Shown: in pieces, positions 30,165 through 40,991 of the stretch
Layout of the letters: every line of letters starts with the position of its first letter
Numbering within the stretch: the stretch's first letter is position 1
From: Candidatus Aminicenantes bacterium
GTDB lineage: Bacteria; Acidobacteriota; Aminicenantia; Aminicenantales; Aminicenantaceae
Length of the DNA: 64,000 nt
Reading direction: 5' to 3'
Assembly (NCBI GenBank): GCA_030603565.1
Contig: JAUVXM010000006.1
Location: 607-64,606 of the forward strand
Translations under genes and position numbers: made by a program
The notes under the pieces: generated by a model
What the model was told of the DNA's origin: nothing
The model's input: only the letters and a program-made list of their open reading frames with translations
The model's database searches: none

Positions 30165-31723
30165 AAAGACGAAGGTTTATGCAGACTCTGGGATTTGGAG
30201 TAGCTTCTTTGGCAGTTGCTGGATGTAAAGGCAAAGGGCTTAGGAAGGGAGCTTTGCCTAGTCCAAATATTATCTTTATTATGACTGATGACCATGCTGC
30301 CCAGGCAATAAGCTGCTATGGTTCAAAGCTTAATAAGACTCCCAATATAGATAGGATCGCAGAAGATGGCATGCGTTTTAATAATTGTTTCTGTACAAAT
30401 AGTATCTGCGCTCCCAGCCGTGCGGTTATTCTTACGGGAAAACACAGCCATCTCAATGGAGTACGGGATAACAGGGAAGAGTTTGACAGTACTCAACAGA
30501 CGTTTCCAAAAATTTTACAGGAAAAAGGGTATGAGACGGCAATGATCGGCAAGTGGCACCTTAAAAGCAGTCCGACCGGTTTTGATTACTGGAATGTACT
30601 CCCGGGACAGGGGCATTATTATAATCCTGACCTGATAGAGATGGGTGAGAAAAAACAGTATCCCGGTTATGTAACCGATATAGTAACAGATATTGCCCTT
30701 GATTTTATCCAGAAGCGGCGGGATAAGGCTAAACCGTTTATGCTGATGCTTCACCATAAAGCTCCTCACCGCAACTGGCAGCCGGCTCTGCGTCATTTAA
30801 ATAAGTATGATAATATCTACTTCCCGGAACCGGAAACGCTTTTTGATGATTATGCCACTCGTTCTGCAGCAGCCCGTGAACAGGAAATGACTCTTCGTGA
30901 ACATATGCAGCTGGAATATGACCTTAAAATGGGAGATGCTCCAAAAAGGATGACAGCTGAGCAGAAAGCAGTTTGGGAAGCAGCTTATGGTCCGAAAAAA
31001 GAGGCTTTTGAGCAGAAAAAACCTGAGGGCGATGAACTGGTCAGATGGAAATATAAACGCTATATGGAGGATTATTTGGGATGTATTGCTGGAGTGGATG
31101 AAAATATCGGCCGCTTACTTGACTACTTGAAGCAATCAGGCCTGGCAGAGAATACAATCGTTATCTATACTTCGGACCAGGGTTTTTACTTAGGAGAACA
31201 TGGTTGGTTTGACAAGCGGTTTATGTATGAAGAATCACTCCGTATGCCGCTTATCATTCGATACCCGGGGATGGAAGCTTCTATAAACGATGAACTTGTT
31301 TGCAACCTTGATTTTGCTCCCACTTTTCTTGGATTTGCCGGATTAAAGAAGCCGGAAGATATGCAGGGTATGTCTCTAAGCAGTCTTATGCTTGGGCATA
31401 AAGATGCAGAGTGGCGGCAGTCGATCTACTATCACTATTACGAATTCCCGGCAGTACACATGGTCAAACGTCACTATGGAGTGCGCACCAAACGCTTTAA
31501 ATTGATGCATTTTTATTATGATATAGATGCCTGGGAACTCTATGACTTGGAAAAAGATCCACAGGAATTAAACAATATCTATAATGAGCCGGCTTATGCA
31601 GATGCAACAGAGGAGCTTAAACTCGAGCTTAAGCGCCTGCGCAAAATATATGCTGACTCTGAGGAATTGGATAAAAGATTTCTGGAAGAGGATCTGGAAA
31701 GGCGGAGAAAAAATCAGAAATGA
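30161..31723 (+). CDS. Formylglycine-dependent sulfatase, Tat lipoprotein
   Basis: KRRRF Tat motif, VAGC lipobox; PNIIFIMTDD, CAPSR, GKWHL and SDQGF.LGEHG.FDKR motifs. Confidence 0.93.
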   Translation: MKRRRFMQTLGFGVASLAVAGCKGKGLRKGALPSPNIIFIMTDDHAAQAISCYGSKLNKTPNIDRIAEDGMRFNNCFCTNSICAPSRAVILTGKHSHLNGVRDNREEFDSTQQTFPKILQEKGYETAMIGKWHLKSSPTGFDYWNVLPGQGHYYNPDLIEMGEKKQYPGYVTDIVTDIALDFIQKRRDKAKPFMLMLHHKAPHRNWQPALRHLNKYDNIYFPEPETLFDDYATRSAAAREQEMTLREHMQLEYDLKMGDAPKRMTAEQKAVWEAAYGPKKEAFEQKKPEGDELVRWKYKRYMEDYLGCIAGVDENIGRLLDYLKQSGLAENTIVIYTSDQGFYLGEHGWFDKRFMYEESLRMPLIIRYPGMEASINDELVCNLDFAPTFLGFAGLKKPEDMQGMSLSSLMLGHKDAEWRQSIYYHYYEFPAVHMVKRHYGVRTKRFKLMHFYYDIDAWELYDLEKDPQELNNIYNEPAYADATEELKLELKRLRKIYADSEELDKRFLEEDLERRRKNQK

Positions 31724-34173
31724 ATAAAAAGATGAGACTTCTGCTTGTTCCTGTATTTTTTATTTTACTTGTTTTTAATATATATTCTCAGGAAATCAAC
31801 CCGACCTCTGTGTTGTGGTACACACATCCAGCGGATAAATGGGAAAATGCTCTGCCTGTGGGAAACGGCAGGCTGGGTGCTATGGTGTTTGGCAGGACCG
31901 GAGAGGAAAAGATCCAGTTTAATGAGGAGTCCTATTGGTCAGGAGGGCCTTACAACCAGACAAGAAAAGGCGGAGCAGAAGTACTGCCTGAAATACAAAA
32001 ACTTATTTTTGCAGGAAAGTACATCAAGGCCCATAAACTTTTTGGGCAGTTTATGATGGGATATCCGGTTGAACAGATGAAATACCAGTCCTTTGGTGAC
32101 TTGATCCTTAAATTTCCGGAAAAAGGGGAGGTTAAAGAATACTTACACAGCTTAGACCTGGATAAGGCTGTAGTTGTTACAAGCTACCGTCAAAACGGGA
32201 TTAAATATAAGCGCGAGGTGTTTGTTTCCCCTGTAGATGAAGTCATTGTCATTAGAATAACGGCAGATAAGCCGGGAAGCATATCCTTTACTGCGAATTT
32301 AAGGGGATACCGGAATCAAGCCCATTCAAATTATGCCACTGATTATTTTCATATGGACGGATATGGAGATGATGGTTTGATCTTGCAGGGGAAATCGGCG
32401 GATTACCTGGGGGTGGAAGGTAAACTTCGGTTTCAGGGGCGCCTAAAAGCCCTATCTGAGGGTGGGGCAATCCGGGTCGATGAAACAGATTTGAAAGTCT
32501 CTGGTGCTGATGCTGTAATCCTTTACATAGCTGCTGCGACTAATTTTGTAGATTACAGGGATGTAAGCGCAAACCCTGACAAAAGAGTTAAGGCAGTGCT
32601 AAGAGCAGTTGCAGGAAAAGAATTTGAGGAAGTTAAAGACGCCCACATCAAAGAGCATCAAAGATTGTTCCGGAGGGTATCTGTGGATTTTGGCAGCCGT
32701 CCTGACTCATTTTTGCCTACAGATGAAAGGCTGGTAAAATTTACTGGAGAAAACGACCCGGCCCTGGCAGCACTCTGTTTACAATTCGGCCGTTACCTGC
32801 TGATATCTTCCTCGCGGGCTGGCACCCAACCGGCAAACCTACAGGGAATCTGGAACCAGGATATGAATCCTTCTTGGGATTCAAAATATACTACTAATAT
32901 AAACACAGAGATGAACTACTGGCCGGCTGAGGTAGGAAACTTAAGTGAATGTACGGAACCACTTATAAAAATGATAAAGGAATTAACTGTACAGGGAAGG
33001 GAGGTAGCGCGCGAACATTATGGGGCAGAAGGATGGGTGTTTCATCAGAATACAGACATCTGGAGAGTTGCTGCTCCCATGGACGGTCCGGACTGGGGTG
33101 CTTTTACAACTGGGGGAGCTTGGCTTTGTACCCATCTGTGGGAACATTATCTTTTTTGCCGGGATAAGGATTTTTTAAGGCAGATATATCCGGTGCTAAA
33201 GGGAAGTGTTGACTTTTTTCTTGATTTTCTGATTGAACATCCGAAACATGGCTGGCTGGTCACCAATCCATCCACTTCACCCGAAAATTTTCCAGCATGG
33301 CCGGGAAATGAGAGGTTCTTTGATGAAGTATGTGCCTGGATGAGCCCGGGTACGACTATTTGCGCCGGTTCGGCCATTGATATGCAGATATTAAGTGATT
33401 TGTTTTTATATGTGGCTAAGGCAGCTGATATTCTAGGGATAGACCAGGAGTTTAGCCAGAAGGTCTTGAGTACGCGCGAAAAATTGGCGCCGATACAGAT
33501 CGGCCAAAAAGGTGATCTTCAGGAATGGCTGGAGGATTGGGGACAGAAAGAAAAGAGCCACCGCCATATCTCTAACCTGTATGGCTTATTTCCCGGTAAT
33601 CAGATAAGTGCAAGAAGAACACCCGAATTGGCTGAAGGCTGCCGAGTTGTGTTGGAGCAGCGGGGGCTTGCTGGGAACGGTTGGTCTTCCGCCTGGAAAA
33701 TGGCATGTTGGGCCAGGCTGTTAAATGGCGCAAAAGCTGGGGATAATTTTAATTATTATATCCACAATTATGTGTTTGATAACCTTTTTGCTATCTGCTC
33801 AAAATCTTTACAGGTGGATGGGTCATTTGGAGTGTCAGCTGCGGTAGCTGAGATGATCTTGCAATCCCATGAAGATGAAATATTTTTACTACCTGCATTA
33901 CCAAAGTTCTGGAAAAATGGGGAAGTCAGAGGCTTGTGGGCGCGGGGAGGATTTGAGGTGGATATAAAGTGGGAAAAAACTCGCCTGATTTCAGCTTTAA
34001 TCCTATCCCGGCAGGGAAATAAATGTCGGCTTCGCACAAGCCATGCGGTAGATGTTTATAATAATGGCGTCAAGATCAAAGTTAAAAGATATGATAAAGA
34101 CCTGATTGAATTTGATACAGAAAAAGATGAGTTTTATAAGATAGTCATCTTCATCCAGGGGGCAGAGTTGTGA
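31720..34173 (+). CDS. GH95 alpha-L-fucosidase family
   Basis: [42 protein letters not shown] and HRHIS.LYGLFP motifs. Confidence 0.93.
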   Translation: MNKKMRLLLVPVFFILLVFNIYSQEINPTSVLWYTHPADKWENALPVGNGRLGAMVFGRTGEEKIQFNEESYWSGGPYNQTRKGGAEVLPEIQKLIFAGKYIKAHKLFGQFMMGYPVEQMKYQSFGDLILKFPEKGEVKEYLHSLDLDKAVVVTSYRQNGIKYKREVFVSPVDEVIVIRITADKPGSISFTANLRGYRNQAHSNYATDYFHMDGYGDDGLILQGKSADYLGVEGKLRFQGRLKALSEGGAIRVDETDLKVSGADAVILYIAAATNFVDYRDVSANPDKRVKAVLRAVAGKEFEEVKDAHIKEHQRLFRRVSVDFGSRPDSFLPTDERLVKFTGENDPALAALCLQFGRYLLISSSRAGTQPANLQGIWNQDMNPSWDSKYTTNINTEMNYWPAEVGNLSECTEPLIKMIKELTVQGREVAREHYGAEGWVFHQNTDIWRVAAPMDGPDWGAFTTGGAWLCTHLWEHYLFCRDKDFLRQIYPVLKGSVDFFLDFLIEHPKHGWLVTNPSTSPENFPAWPGNERFFDEVCAWMSPGTTICAGSAIDMQILSDLFLYVAKAADILGIDQEFSQKVLSTREKLAPIQIGQKGDLQEWLEDWGQKEKSHRHISNLYGLFPGNQISARRTPELAEGCRVVLEQRGLAGNGWSSAWKMACWARLLNGAKAGDNFNYYIHNYVFDNLFAICSKSLQVDGSFGVSAAVAEMILQSHEDEIFLLPALPKFWKNGEVRGLWARGGFEVDIKWEKTRLISALILSRQGNKCRLRTSHAVDVYNNGVKIKVKRYDKDLIEFDTEKDEFYKIVIFIQGAEL

Positions 34174-35135
34174 AAATCAGCCACTGCACTACCTGGAGGG
34201 ACCAGCTTGTCACAGGCTTCCCGGATATTTTCATCCAAGCTCATTTCCATTACCGGAAAAAGCTCCTTAAGCTGCTCTACTGTACGGGGGCCTATTAAGG
34301 GAGCTGTGATTCCCGGCTGCTCTTTTATCCAGAGGATCGCCAGTTGGGCAGGGGATATCTTGTGTTTTCGGGCCAGATGCACGAACCGGTTGCCGGTTGC
34401 TACGGCTTTTGGGGTCACCCGATCAGCATAAATACCGCCGCGCAATGAGGCACGAGATTTTTTGGGGTATGCTTTCCCATCTGCATAGCGTCCGGCCAGC
34501 ATTCCCATAGCCAGGGGGGACCAGGGGATAATGCCAAGCCCGTGCTCCCGGCACATGGGGACCAGTTCGTTTTCTATGCGGCGGTCAAGGAGATTATAGG
34601 GGGGCTGCTCGGATATAAAACGGCTTAAACCTTTCTCTTCGCTAATTTTAATCCCTTCGAGTACTTTCCAGGCAGGAGCAGTGGAACTGCCGATATAACG
34701 TACTTTTCCCTGGCGGACCAGGTCGGTCATAGCACCCAGTGTTTCGTCCAGGGGGATGTCAAACGAAGGGCGGTGTGTCTGGTATAAGTCGATGTAATCC
34801 GTTTGCAGCCGGCGGAGAGAATCCTCGCAAGCTTTGATGATGTGTAAGCGGGAATTTCCTTTTTCGTTGGGGCCGGGCCCTACCGGGTAATGAACTTTTG
34901 TAGCGATTATCGCCTGCTGACGACGGCCGTTTTTTACAAATGCCCGTCCTATGATCCGTTCGCTTTCTCCCTGAGCATAGATGTTGCTTGTGTCGATAAA
35001 ATTAATTCCGGCGTCCAGAGAAGCCTCGAGCATTCTGATCGCTTCTTTTTCAGGGGTAGGATTGGCAAAATTATCTGTTCCTAAACACAAGGGTGATACT
35101 TTCACTCCTGTTCTTCCTAAGGTTCTGTATTCCAT
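34134..35135 (-). CDS. Aldo/keto reductase
   Basis: [35 protein letters not shown] and PWSPLA.G.L motifs. Confidence 0.93.
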   Translation of the reverse strand: MEYRTLGRTGVKVSPLCLGTDNFANPTPEKEAIRMLEASLDAGINFIDTSNIYAQGESERIIGRAFVKNGRRQQAIIATKVHYPVGPGPNEKGNSRLHIIKACEDSLRRLQTDYIDLYQTHRPSFDIPLDETLGAMTDLVRQGKVRYIGSSTAPAWKVLEGIKISEEKGLSRFISEQPPYNLLDRRIENELVPMCREHGLGIIPWSPLAMGMLAGRYADGKAYPKKSRASLRGGIYADRVTPKAVATGNRFVHLARKHKISPAQLAILWIKEQPGITAPLIGPRTVEQLKELFPVMEMSLDENIREACDKLVPPGSAVADFHNSAPWMKMTIL

Positions 35136-35153
35136 GGTAATGTCCTTTCCTTT

Positions 35154-35215
35154 AACTTGAACTATTCATAAAAAATGTCGCTACATATAATATAAAGTAA
35201 TAGGCAAATTGTAAA
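35154..35215 (-). promoter_or_regulatory. Family E right-end fragment with sigma70-like promoter
   Basis: Minus strand reads TTTACA-N17-TATTAT-N7-GACATTTTTTATGAATAGTTCAAGTT, then the RBS and ATG at 35135. Confidence 0.6.
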
Positions 35216-35249
35216 TAAGGGGTCGAGAATCCTAGAATCCTTTATATTA

Positions 35250-35999
35250 TTATCCGGCTGTATATCCGGCATCGACTGTCACTAAGGAGCCGGTCATATA
35301 ACTGGCTGCATCTGAAGCTAAAAACAAGACTACACGGGCGATTTCGATTGGCTCAGCCAGCCGTCCCAGGGGAACTGTTTCTTCCGCTAATTTCTGCAAG
35401 TCTTTTGGTGTTGGGGGAGTCAGCCGTTCTGAGGCAAGCATGGGAGTGTTGACCTCACCGGGACAGACGGCATTTATGCGGATACCGTCTTTTACATGGT
35501 CTAGGGCCATGGCCTTTGTGATCTGGTGAACAGCTCCTTTGGAAGCGCAGTAGGCAACTACACCGGATGCCCCCCTTTCTCCCCAGATAGAGCCGAAATT
35601 AATAATAGCACCTTTTGCCTGTTTTTTCATGGGAACGATCGCTGCTCTGCTCATATAGAACACACCATTTACATTTACGGCCATTACCCTGCGCCAGGCT
35701 TCGTCTGAAGTGCCTAAAGCATCTGCTCTTGCAATAGTACCTGCACAGTTTACGAGAACATCCAGCCGGCCGTGCTGTTTTAGTACAGAATCAACAGCAT
35801 GCTGACAGAAGGAAGAATCACTGACATCGCCGATAAGGGGCGGCTGGCTGCCGATTTCTGCAGCGACTTTTTCTGCCGTTTCAGGGTTGATATCAACGAT
35901 AATGACCTTGCCTCCTGCTGATGTGAATTCCCGGGCTGTGGCAGCTCCCATGCCGGATGCTGCGCCTGTGATTAATGCTATTTTACCGCTAAAATCCAT
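35250..35999 (-). CDS. Short-chain dehydrogenase/reductase
   Basis: TGAASGMG, VNCAG, YCASK and NAVCPG motifs. Confidence 0.93.
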   Translation of the reverse strand: MDFSGKIALITGAASGMGAATAREFTSAGGKVIIVDINPETAEKVAAEIGSQPPLIGDVSDSSFCQHAVDSVLKQHGRLDVLVNCAGTIARADALGTSDEAWRRVMAVNVNGVFYMSRAAIVPMKKQAKGAIINFGSIWGERGASGVVAYCASKGAVHQITKAMALDHVKDGIRINAVCPGEVNTPMLASERLTPPTPKDLQKLAEETVPLGRLAEPIEIARVVLFLASDAASYMTGSLVTVDAGYTAG

Positions 36000-36116
36000 G
36001 TTTTCTCCTCTTCCGGGGACTATCCCCAGACTTAGAGCAATCTCGTTATAATGTTAGCATATTTAGCATAGGTAATTCCACCCTTCCTAAATTTAATGGA
36101 GTCTGACCATTTTTTT

Positions 36117-36266
36117 TAGAATTTTACATTGAGGACGCTGAGGACATGGATAAATGCAAGAAAATATTAGACACAGATTTACGCGGATAAAAAAAAGATG
36201 TTATTTTGTTTTGCCGATGAATCGTCAAAACAAAATAACCATTCATCACTTCGCTCCGCGAAGTAA
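36117..36266. repeat. Family C element, truncated copy
   Basis: Colinear with 13059-13218; preceded by REP-like half-site GGAGTCTGACCATTTTTT at 36098. Confidence 0.8.
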
Positions 36267-36344
36267 CCGGTTTTTCCACTTTCTGTTTTCCATTTACCGT
36301 ACTTTTGCTTGAATTTACCTGTAGGGATAGATAAAATGATTTTG

Positions 36345-37910
36345 ATGAAATTTGTAAGTGTGTTTAATGATGTGATGGGTCCGGTAATGCGGGGGCCTTC
36401 AAGTTCGCATACTGCTGGTTCTTATCGGATTGGATGTATGGCTCGTTCCCTGCTTGGGAAAGTGCCGGAAGCAGCGAGATTTACCTTTGATCCGGGGGGC
36501 TCTTATGCTCAAGTTTATCGGCAGCAGGGAGTGGACCTGGCTTTTGCCGCAGGAATTTTAGGCTGGGAATTAACAGATGAAAGGTTCTTTTCGGCCTTAG
36601 AAGAGGCGAAAAAGCAAAAAATCAAGATTGAATTCAGAGTTGCTCCTTTGCCTGGTTCTTTTCATCCCAATGCCGTTAAAATAAATTTATCCCCTAAGCA
36701 AGGAGTAGAACTGGAAATATCCGCCAAATCGACCGGAGGAGGGGGGATGCTTATTGATCAGATCGGAAGATGGCAGGTGGCTTTAGACGGGAAAACCTAT
36801 TTCTTTTTGATTGAATGTAAAGGGAGGGCAGAATCCCAAGTTAGAGAGATATTATCAACCGTAAAGGGGAGATATTACGAGAAAGGCAGAATTACAGAAG
36901 GTAAAAAGTCATTACTTATATTTCAAGGAGTAGATGATTTGGAGCCGGAGATCTATGCTAAATTAAAAAGAATACCGGAAGTTAAAAGAACATGGAAGAG
37001 TGAGCCGGTATTTTATATGCAGCGGGGTGAGCCTATTTTCCAAAATTATAAGGCTATGGTCCAGATAATAAAGGAGTTGAATTGTTCTCTGGGAGAGGCC
37101 ATCCTTAAATATGAGTCTCAGTTGTTGGGAATTGACAGAGAGGGGATTATCAAAAAGATGTTGGAGCGTTTTGCGGTAATGAAAGCAGCTGTTGAGCAAG
37201 GATTGGAATTAAAAAATATCGATATGCAGCTGCTTAGCCCTAGTGCAGGAAAAATATTAAAGGCTGAAGCGGAAGAAAGAGTAGCAATTGGAGGGATTCA
37301 TACTCAAGCAGCTGCCCGGGCTATGGCAGTAATGCATATAAATAACAGCATGGGAATTGTATGTGCAGCTCCAACCGGCGGGTCAGCCGGGGTGATCCCT
37401 GGTGTAATGATCACTTTGCTGGAAGAAAAAAAGCTTAAACCGGAAGAGATTGCCCTATCATTACTGGCTGCTTCCGGAATAGGATTGCTGATAGCTATCC
37501 AAGCCACTTTTGCCGCGGAAGTTGCAGGCTGCCAAGTAGAGATCGGGGCCGCAGGGGCAATGGCAGCCGCTGCTGTAGTTGAAGCGTGTAGAGGCTGTGC
37601 CAGGGATGCTTTGGATGCAGCTGCTATTGCACTTCAGAATACTATGGGTTCTGTGTGTGACTTGGTCCAGGGAATGTGTGAAATTCCCTGTCACACACGT
37701 AATGCAGCGGCAGCATCGAATGCATTTGTCTGTGCTGACCTTATTATGGGAGGGTATAAAAATCCAATCCCTCTGGATGAGACAATTGATGCGGCTTATT
37801 CCGCCGGCAAAATGCTTCCCAGGGAACTAAGATGCACTGCCCTAGGCGGCTTAGCCCAAACCCCCACAGCTCTGAAGCTAAAAAAACAGGAAGATAGCCC
37901 CGCTACTTAG
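36345..37910 (+). CDS. Fe-S L-serine ammonia-lyase, fused beta and alpha subunits
   Basis: GPVMRGPSSSHTAG, HPN and STGGG (beta); AAPTGGSAGVIPG, AGCQVEIG and CDLVQG.CEIPC (alpha). Start uncertain (36336 or 36345). Confidence 0.9.
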   Translation: MKFVSVFNDVMGPVMRGPSSSHTAGSYRIGCMARSLLGKVPEAARFTFDPGGSYAQVYRQQGVDLAFAAGILGWELTDERFFSALEEAKKQKIKIEFRVAPLPGSFHPNAVKINLSPKQGVELEISAKSTGGGGMLIDQIGRWQVALDGKTYFFLIECKGRAESQVREILSTVKGRYYEKGRITEGKKSLLIFQGVDDLEPEIYAKLKRIPEVKRTWKSEPVFYMQRGEPIFQNYKAMVQIIKELNCSLGEAILKYESQLLGIDREGIIKKMLERFAVMKAAVEQGLELKNIDMQLLSPSAGKILKAEAEERVAIGGIHTQAAARAMAVMHINNSMGIVCAAPTGGSAGVIPGVMITLLEEKKLKPEEIALSLLAASGIGLLIAIQATFAAEVAGCQVEIGAAGAMAAAAVVEACRGCARDALDAAAIALQNTMGSVCDLVQGMCEIPCHTRNAAAASNAFVCADLIMGGYKNPIPLDETIDAAYSAGKMLPRELRCTALGGLAQTPTALKLKKQEDSPAT

Positions 37911-37915
37911 CCTGG

Positions 37916-37990
37916 AGATATAGGGACATCCTACTTAATTAATTCAGAAGTCATTAATATGATTAAGAATTAAGTATGATGTCCATATCT
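37916..37990. repeat. REP-like palindrome
   Basis: AGATATAGGGACATCCTACTTAATT ... AATTAAGTATGATGTCCATATCT. Confidence 0.7.
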
Positions 37991-37995
37991 TTCAA

Positions 37996-38193
37996 GAGCT
38001 GGCATGGATACTGGTAAATCCCGGAGAAAGCCATCCGGAGCAACGCGGGCATGGTTCCTCGAGAGAATCTCGAGGAGAGCGTTATGAGGACAGGAAGGGA
38101 TTTCCCCGCTGGGGAAAATCCCTGTCTTTCGAAGGGACTTACCAGTATCCAGGCCTTACATCTCTTGTAAGTTTAAAAAATTGGGGAAACTCC
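37996..38193. mobile_element. Family A element, copy 2, with tail
   Basis: TGGATACTGGTAAATCCC / GGGACTTACCAGTATCCA. Tail TGTAAGTTTAAAAAATTGGGGAAACTCC is shared with copy 1. Confidence 0.85.
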
Positions 38194-38286
38194 AAATCTA
38201 TATTCTTCTTGATATTTTTCAATTACTTGATATTATTTGTAGCGATATTTTTAGTGCATAATTCATGATAATCGAGGAGGAATCAT

Positions 38287-39678
38287 ATGTTTGATGCTAA
38301 GATTTATAAACAAAGAAGAGATCGTTTGAAAAAGCAGGTAGGTTCAGGCGTAATCTTATTTCTGGGAAATGATGAAAGCCCGATGAATTATCCGGCCAAT
38401 CCTTATCATTTTCGTCAGGACAGCTCGTTCCTTTATTTTTTCGGGCTTGATTCAGCGGGGCTGGCCGGTCTTGTCGATATTGATAACAACAAGGACATGA
38501 TTTTTGGTAATGATGTAGATGTTGAAGATATTATCTGGATGGGTTTTCAACCTCTTCTTAAAGACAGAGCCGTTAAAGTCGGAGTAGAGGAGACAGCTCC
38601 CCTGGATAAGCTTGAGGAGACCCTTAAAAATAGTCTGCGTAACGGCCAAAAAGTTCATTTTTTACATCCCTACAGGGTTGAGAATGTTGTCAAAATAGAG
38701 CAGTTACTTGGGATTAAATCTGCTGGAATAAAAGATTATGTTTCTAAGGAATTGGTAAAAGCTGTAGTAGAGCAGAGGTCTGTAAAGATAGATGAGGAAA
38801 TAGAGCAGATAGAGATCGCTTTAGAAGCTTCATATAAGATGCATACTACTGCTATGAAAATGACCAAGCCCGGCAGGTATGAAATAGAGATCTCTGGAGC
38901 TATTGAAGGGATTGCCTTATCACACGGAGCAGGGGTGTCTTTTCCCGTGATTTTAAGCATCGATGGGCAGACCCTTCATAATCATTATCATGGGAATCAG
39001 CTTAAAGAGGGGAGGATGGTGGTTAATGATTCAGGGGCTGAGTCTTCTCTGCATTATGCTGCTGATATTACCAGGACGATTCCAGTAAGCGGTAAATTTT
39101 CCCCAAAACAAGCCCAGATATATAATCTTGTTTTAAAAGCTCAAGAGGAAGGGATACAAGCGATTAAACCTGGGATTAAATACCGGGATGTTCACCTTAA
39201 GGCGGTTACAGTCATAGCTTCCGGGCTTAAAGAACTAGGTTTGATGAAGGGAGATGTGGATGAGGCAGTTAAAGCTGGAGCGCATGCTCTTTTTATGCCC
39301 CACGGATTAGGGCATATGATGGGTCTTGACGTACATGATATGGAGGATATAGGTGAAGACCAGGTTGGCTATGATAATAATACAAATAGAAGTGAACAGT
39401 TCGGACTTGCATATTTAAGGCTTGCTAAGGAACTTAAACCTGGAAATGTCCTTACAGTAGAACCCGGAATTTATTTCATTCCCGCTTTAATTGATAAATG
39501 GAGCAAAGAGGATAAATTTGCTGAATATATTGATTATAATAAAGTGGAAGAGTATAGAGATTTCAGCGGTATCCGGATCGAAGATGATGTGCTGGTTACA
39601 GATGATGGTTACAGAGTGCTTGGAAAACCCATTCCCAAGACAGTGGAGGATGTAGAAGCAATCACCGGCACGGAATAA
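38287..39678 (+). CDS. pepP: Xaa-Pro aminopeptidase (M24B)
   Basis: FRQDS.FLY..G, Y.ADITRT, HGLGHMMGLDVHD, TVEPGIY and GIRIEDD motifs. Confidence 0.92.
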   Translation: MFDAKIYKQRRDRLKKQVGSGVILFLGNDESPMNYPANPYHFRQDSSFLYFFGLDSAGLAGLVDIDNNKDMIFGNDVDVEDIIWMGFQPLLKDRAVKVGVEETAPLDKLEETLKNSLRNGQKVHFLHPYRVENVVKIEQLLGIKSAGIKDYVSKELVKAVVEQRSVKIDEEIEQIEIALEASYKMHTTAMKMTKPGRYEIEISGAIEGIALSHGAGVSFPVILSIDGQTLHNHYHGNQLKEGRMVVNDSGAESSLHYAADITRTIPVSGKFSPKQAQIYNLVLKAQEEGIQAIKPGIKYRDVHLKAVTVIASGLKELGLMKGDVDEAVKAGAHALFMPHGLGHMMGLDVHDMEDIGEDQVGYDNNTNRSEQFGLAYLRLAKELKPGNVLTVEPGIYFIPALIDKWSKEDKFAEYIDYNKVEEYRDFSGIRIEDDVLVTDDGYRVLGKPIPKTVEDVEAITGTE

Positions 39679-39680
39679 GA

Positions 39681-40985
39681 TTAATAGAGGGATGGCTCTT
39701 TTTTTGGGCCGATTATGACTTGAACTCTTTTTTCTGGAGCAAGTATTTTTTGGATGAATGTGTTGATTTCCTCTGCAGACACGGTATTTATCTCCTCGAT
39801 AAACTTTGCAAAATAGCTGTAATCAAGGCCGATCGTCTCGAAATTCCCTCTAGTAAGAGCCCGGCTTTCTTTGGTCTCATTATTACGCAGGAAAAGGGCT
39901 TTTGAATAGGATTTAGTCATGCTCAGTTCCTCTTCTGTTACTCCGTTAGAATGAAGTTCATCAAGCACCCGGATAAAGGAATCAAGGGCAGATTCCTGTT
40001 TTGTGTGTTCCGTTTCTATAAAGGCTTCAAAGATCCCCCCGGCGCTAAAATAGGTTACTCGTGCCTGAACAGTATAGGCGAGTTTTTTTTCCGCTCGTAA
40101 TGGCCACAACCTTGAACCAACTCCTTTACCTAAAAGGTTTGTTGTAAGAGTGGCAAGTAGATAATTCCGGGGAGATAATTGTGGCAGGAGATAGCCGGCA
40201 GATATAAGAGATCGATAGGAATCCTTTTCAATAAATTGCTCTTTCTCTTTTGATATGGAAGAAAATGAGAGAAGTTTAGAACCCGGAAGCTTCCCGGCAT
40301 GAAAATCTCCAAAGAATTTTTTTATCAAATCCAAAATCGTTTGTTTCTCGAGATCGCTTGAAATAGAAAAAACCATGTTGCCGGTTAGAAAATGATTTTC
40401 ATAGAATGACTTGATGTCTTTTTTCTTAATAGATATTAGGGAGTTTTCGCTGCCATAAATAGGTCCAGCAAAAGGTGTCCCTGCCATAAAAATATCTGTA
40501 ATTGCATAGTGAGCGGCAATTACAGGCTCGTCCGATTCCATTTTTCTGCTTTGGGTCATCTGTTTTTTTATTCTGTCTATCCTTATATTTGAAAATAGCG
40601 GTTTACCTAAGATCTGGGAAGTGATTTTTAATGTATTATCAAGGTTTTCTGAAAGGCATGCTATTGTAATTAGAGAATAATCTTCTTTGCAGACAATATA
40701 CAGGCGGGTAGCCTGATCCATAAGAGCTTGTAGTTTGTTCTGGTCCGGGATTTCAATGGCCAGGCGTGTCGTCAGATAAGCGAGGCCGGCTTTTCCCTCC
40801 GGTTCCGCCCCTTTTCCACCTTTTATAAAAATCTGAAAAACAGAGACTTTCGAAGAAATGTTTTTTTCGAAAATAGCGGTTAGGCCGTTTTCTAAAACAA
40901 TTTTTTCAGAGAATAAAAAAATTGTCTGCAGAGTGAATAAAATAAAGCATATAGATAACTTATTTTTTACTGAATATTTTCGCAT
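39681..40985 (-). CDS. M16 peptidase, non-catalytic subunit
   Basis: M16 fold with GLAYLTTR in place of HxxEH; SRLW..R..K.LAY motif. Confidence 0.85.
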   Translation of the reverse strand: MRKYSVKNKLSICFILFTLQTIFLFSEKIVLENGLTAIFEKNISSKVSVFQIFIKGGKGAEPEGKAGLAYLTTRLAIEIPDQNKLQALMDQATRLYIVCKEDYSLITIACLSENLDNTLKITSQILGKPLFSNIRIDRIKKQMTQSRKMESDEPVIAAHYAITDIFMAGTPFAGPIYGSENSLISIKKKDIKSFYENHFLTGNMVFSISSDLEKQTILDLIKKFFGDFHAGKLPGSKLLSFSSISKEKEQFIEKDSYRSLISAGYLLPQLSPRNYLLATLTTNLLGKGVGSRLWPLRAEKKLAYTVQARVTYFSAGGIFEAFIETEHTKQESALDSFIRVLDELHSNGVTEEELSMTKSYSKALFLRNNETKESRALTRGNFETIGLDYSYFAKFIEEINTVSAEEINTFIQKILAPEKRVQVIIGPKKEPSLY

Positions 40986-40991
40986 TTTGTT

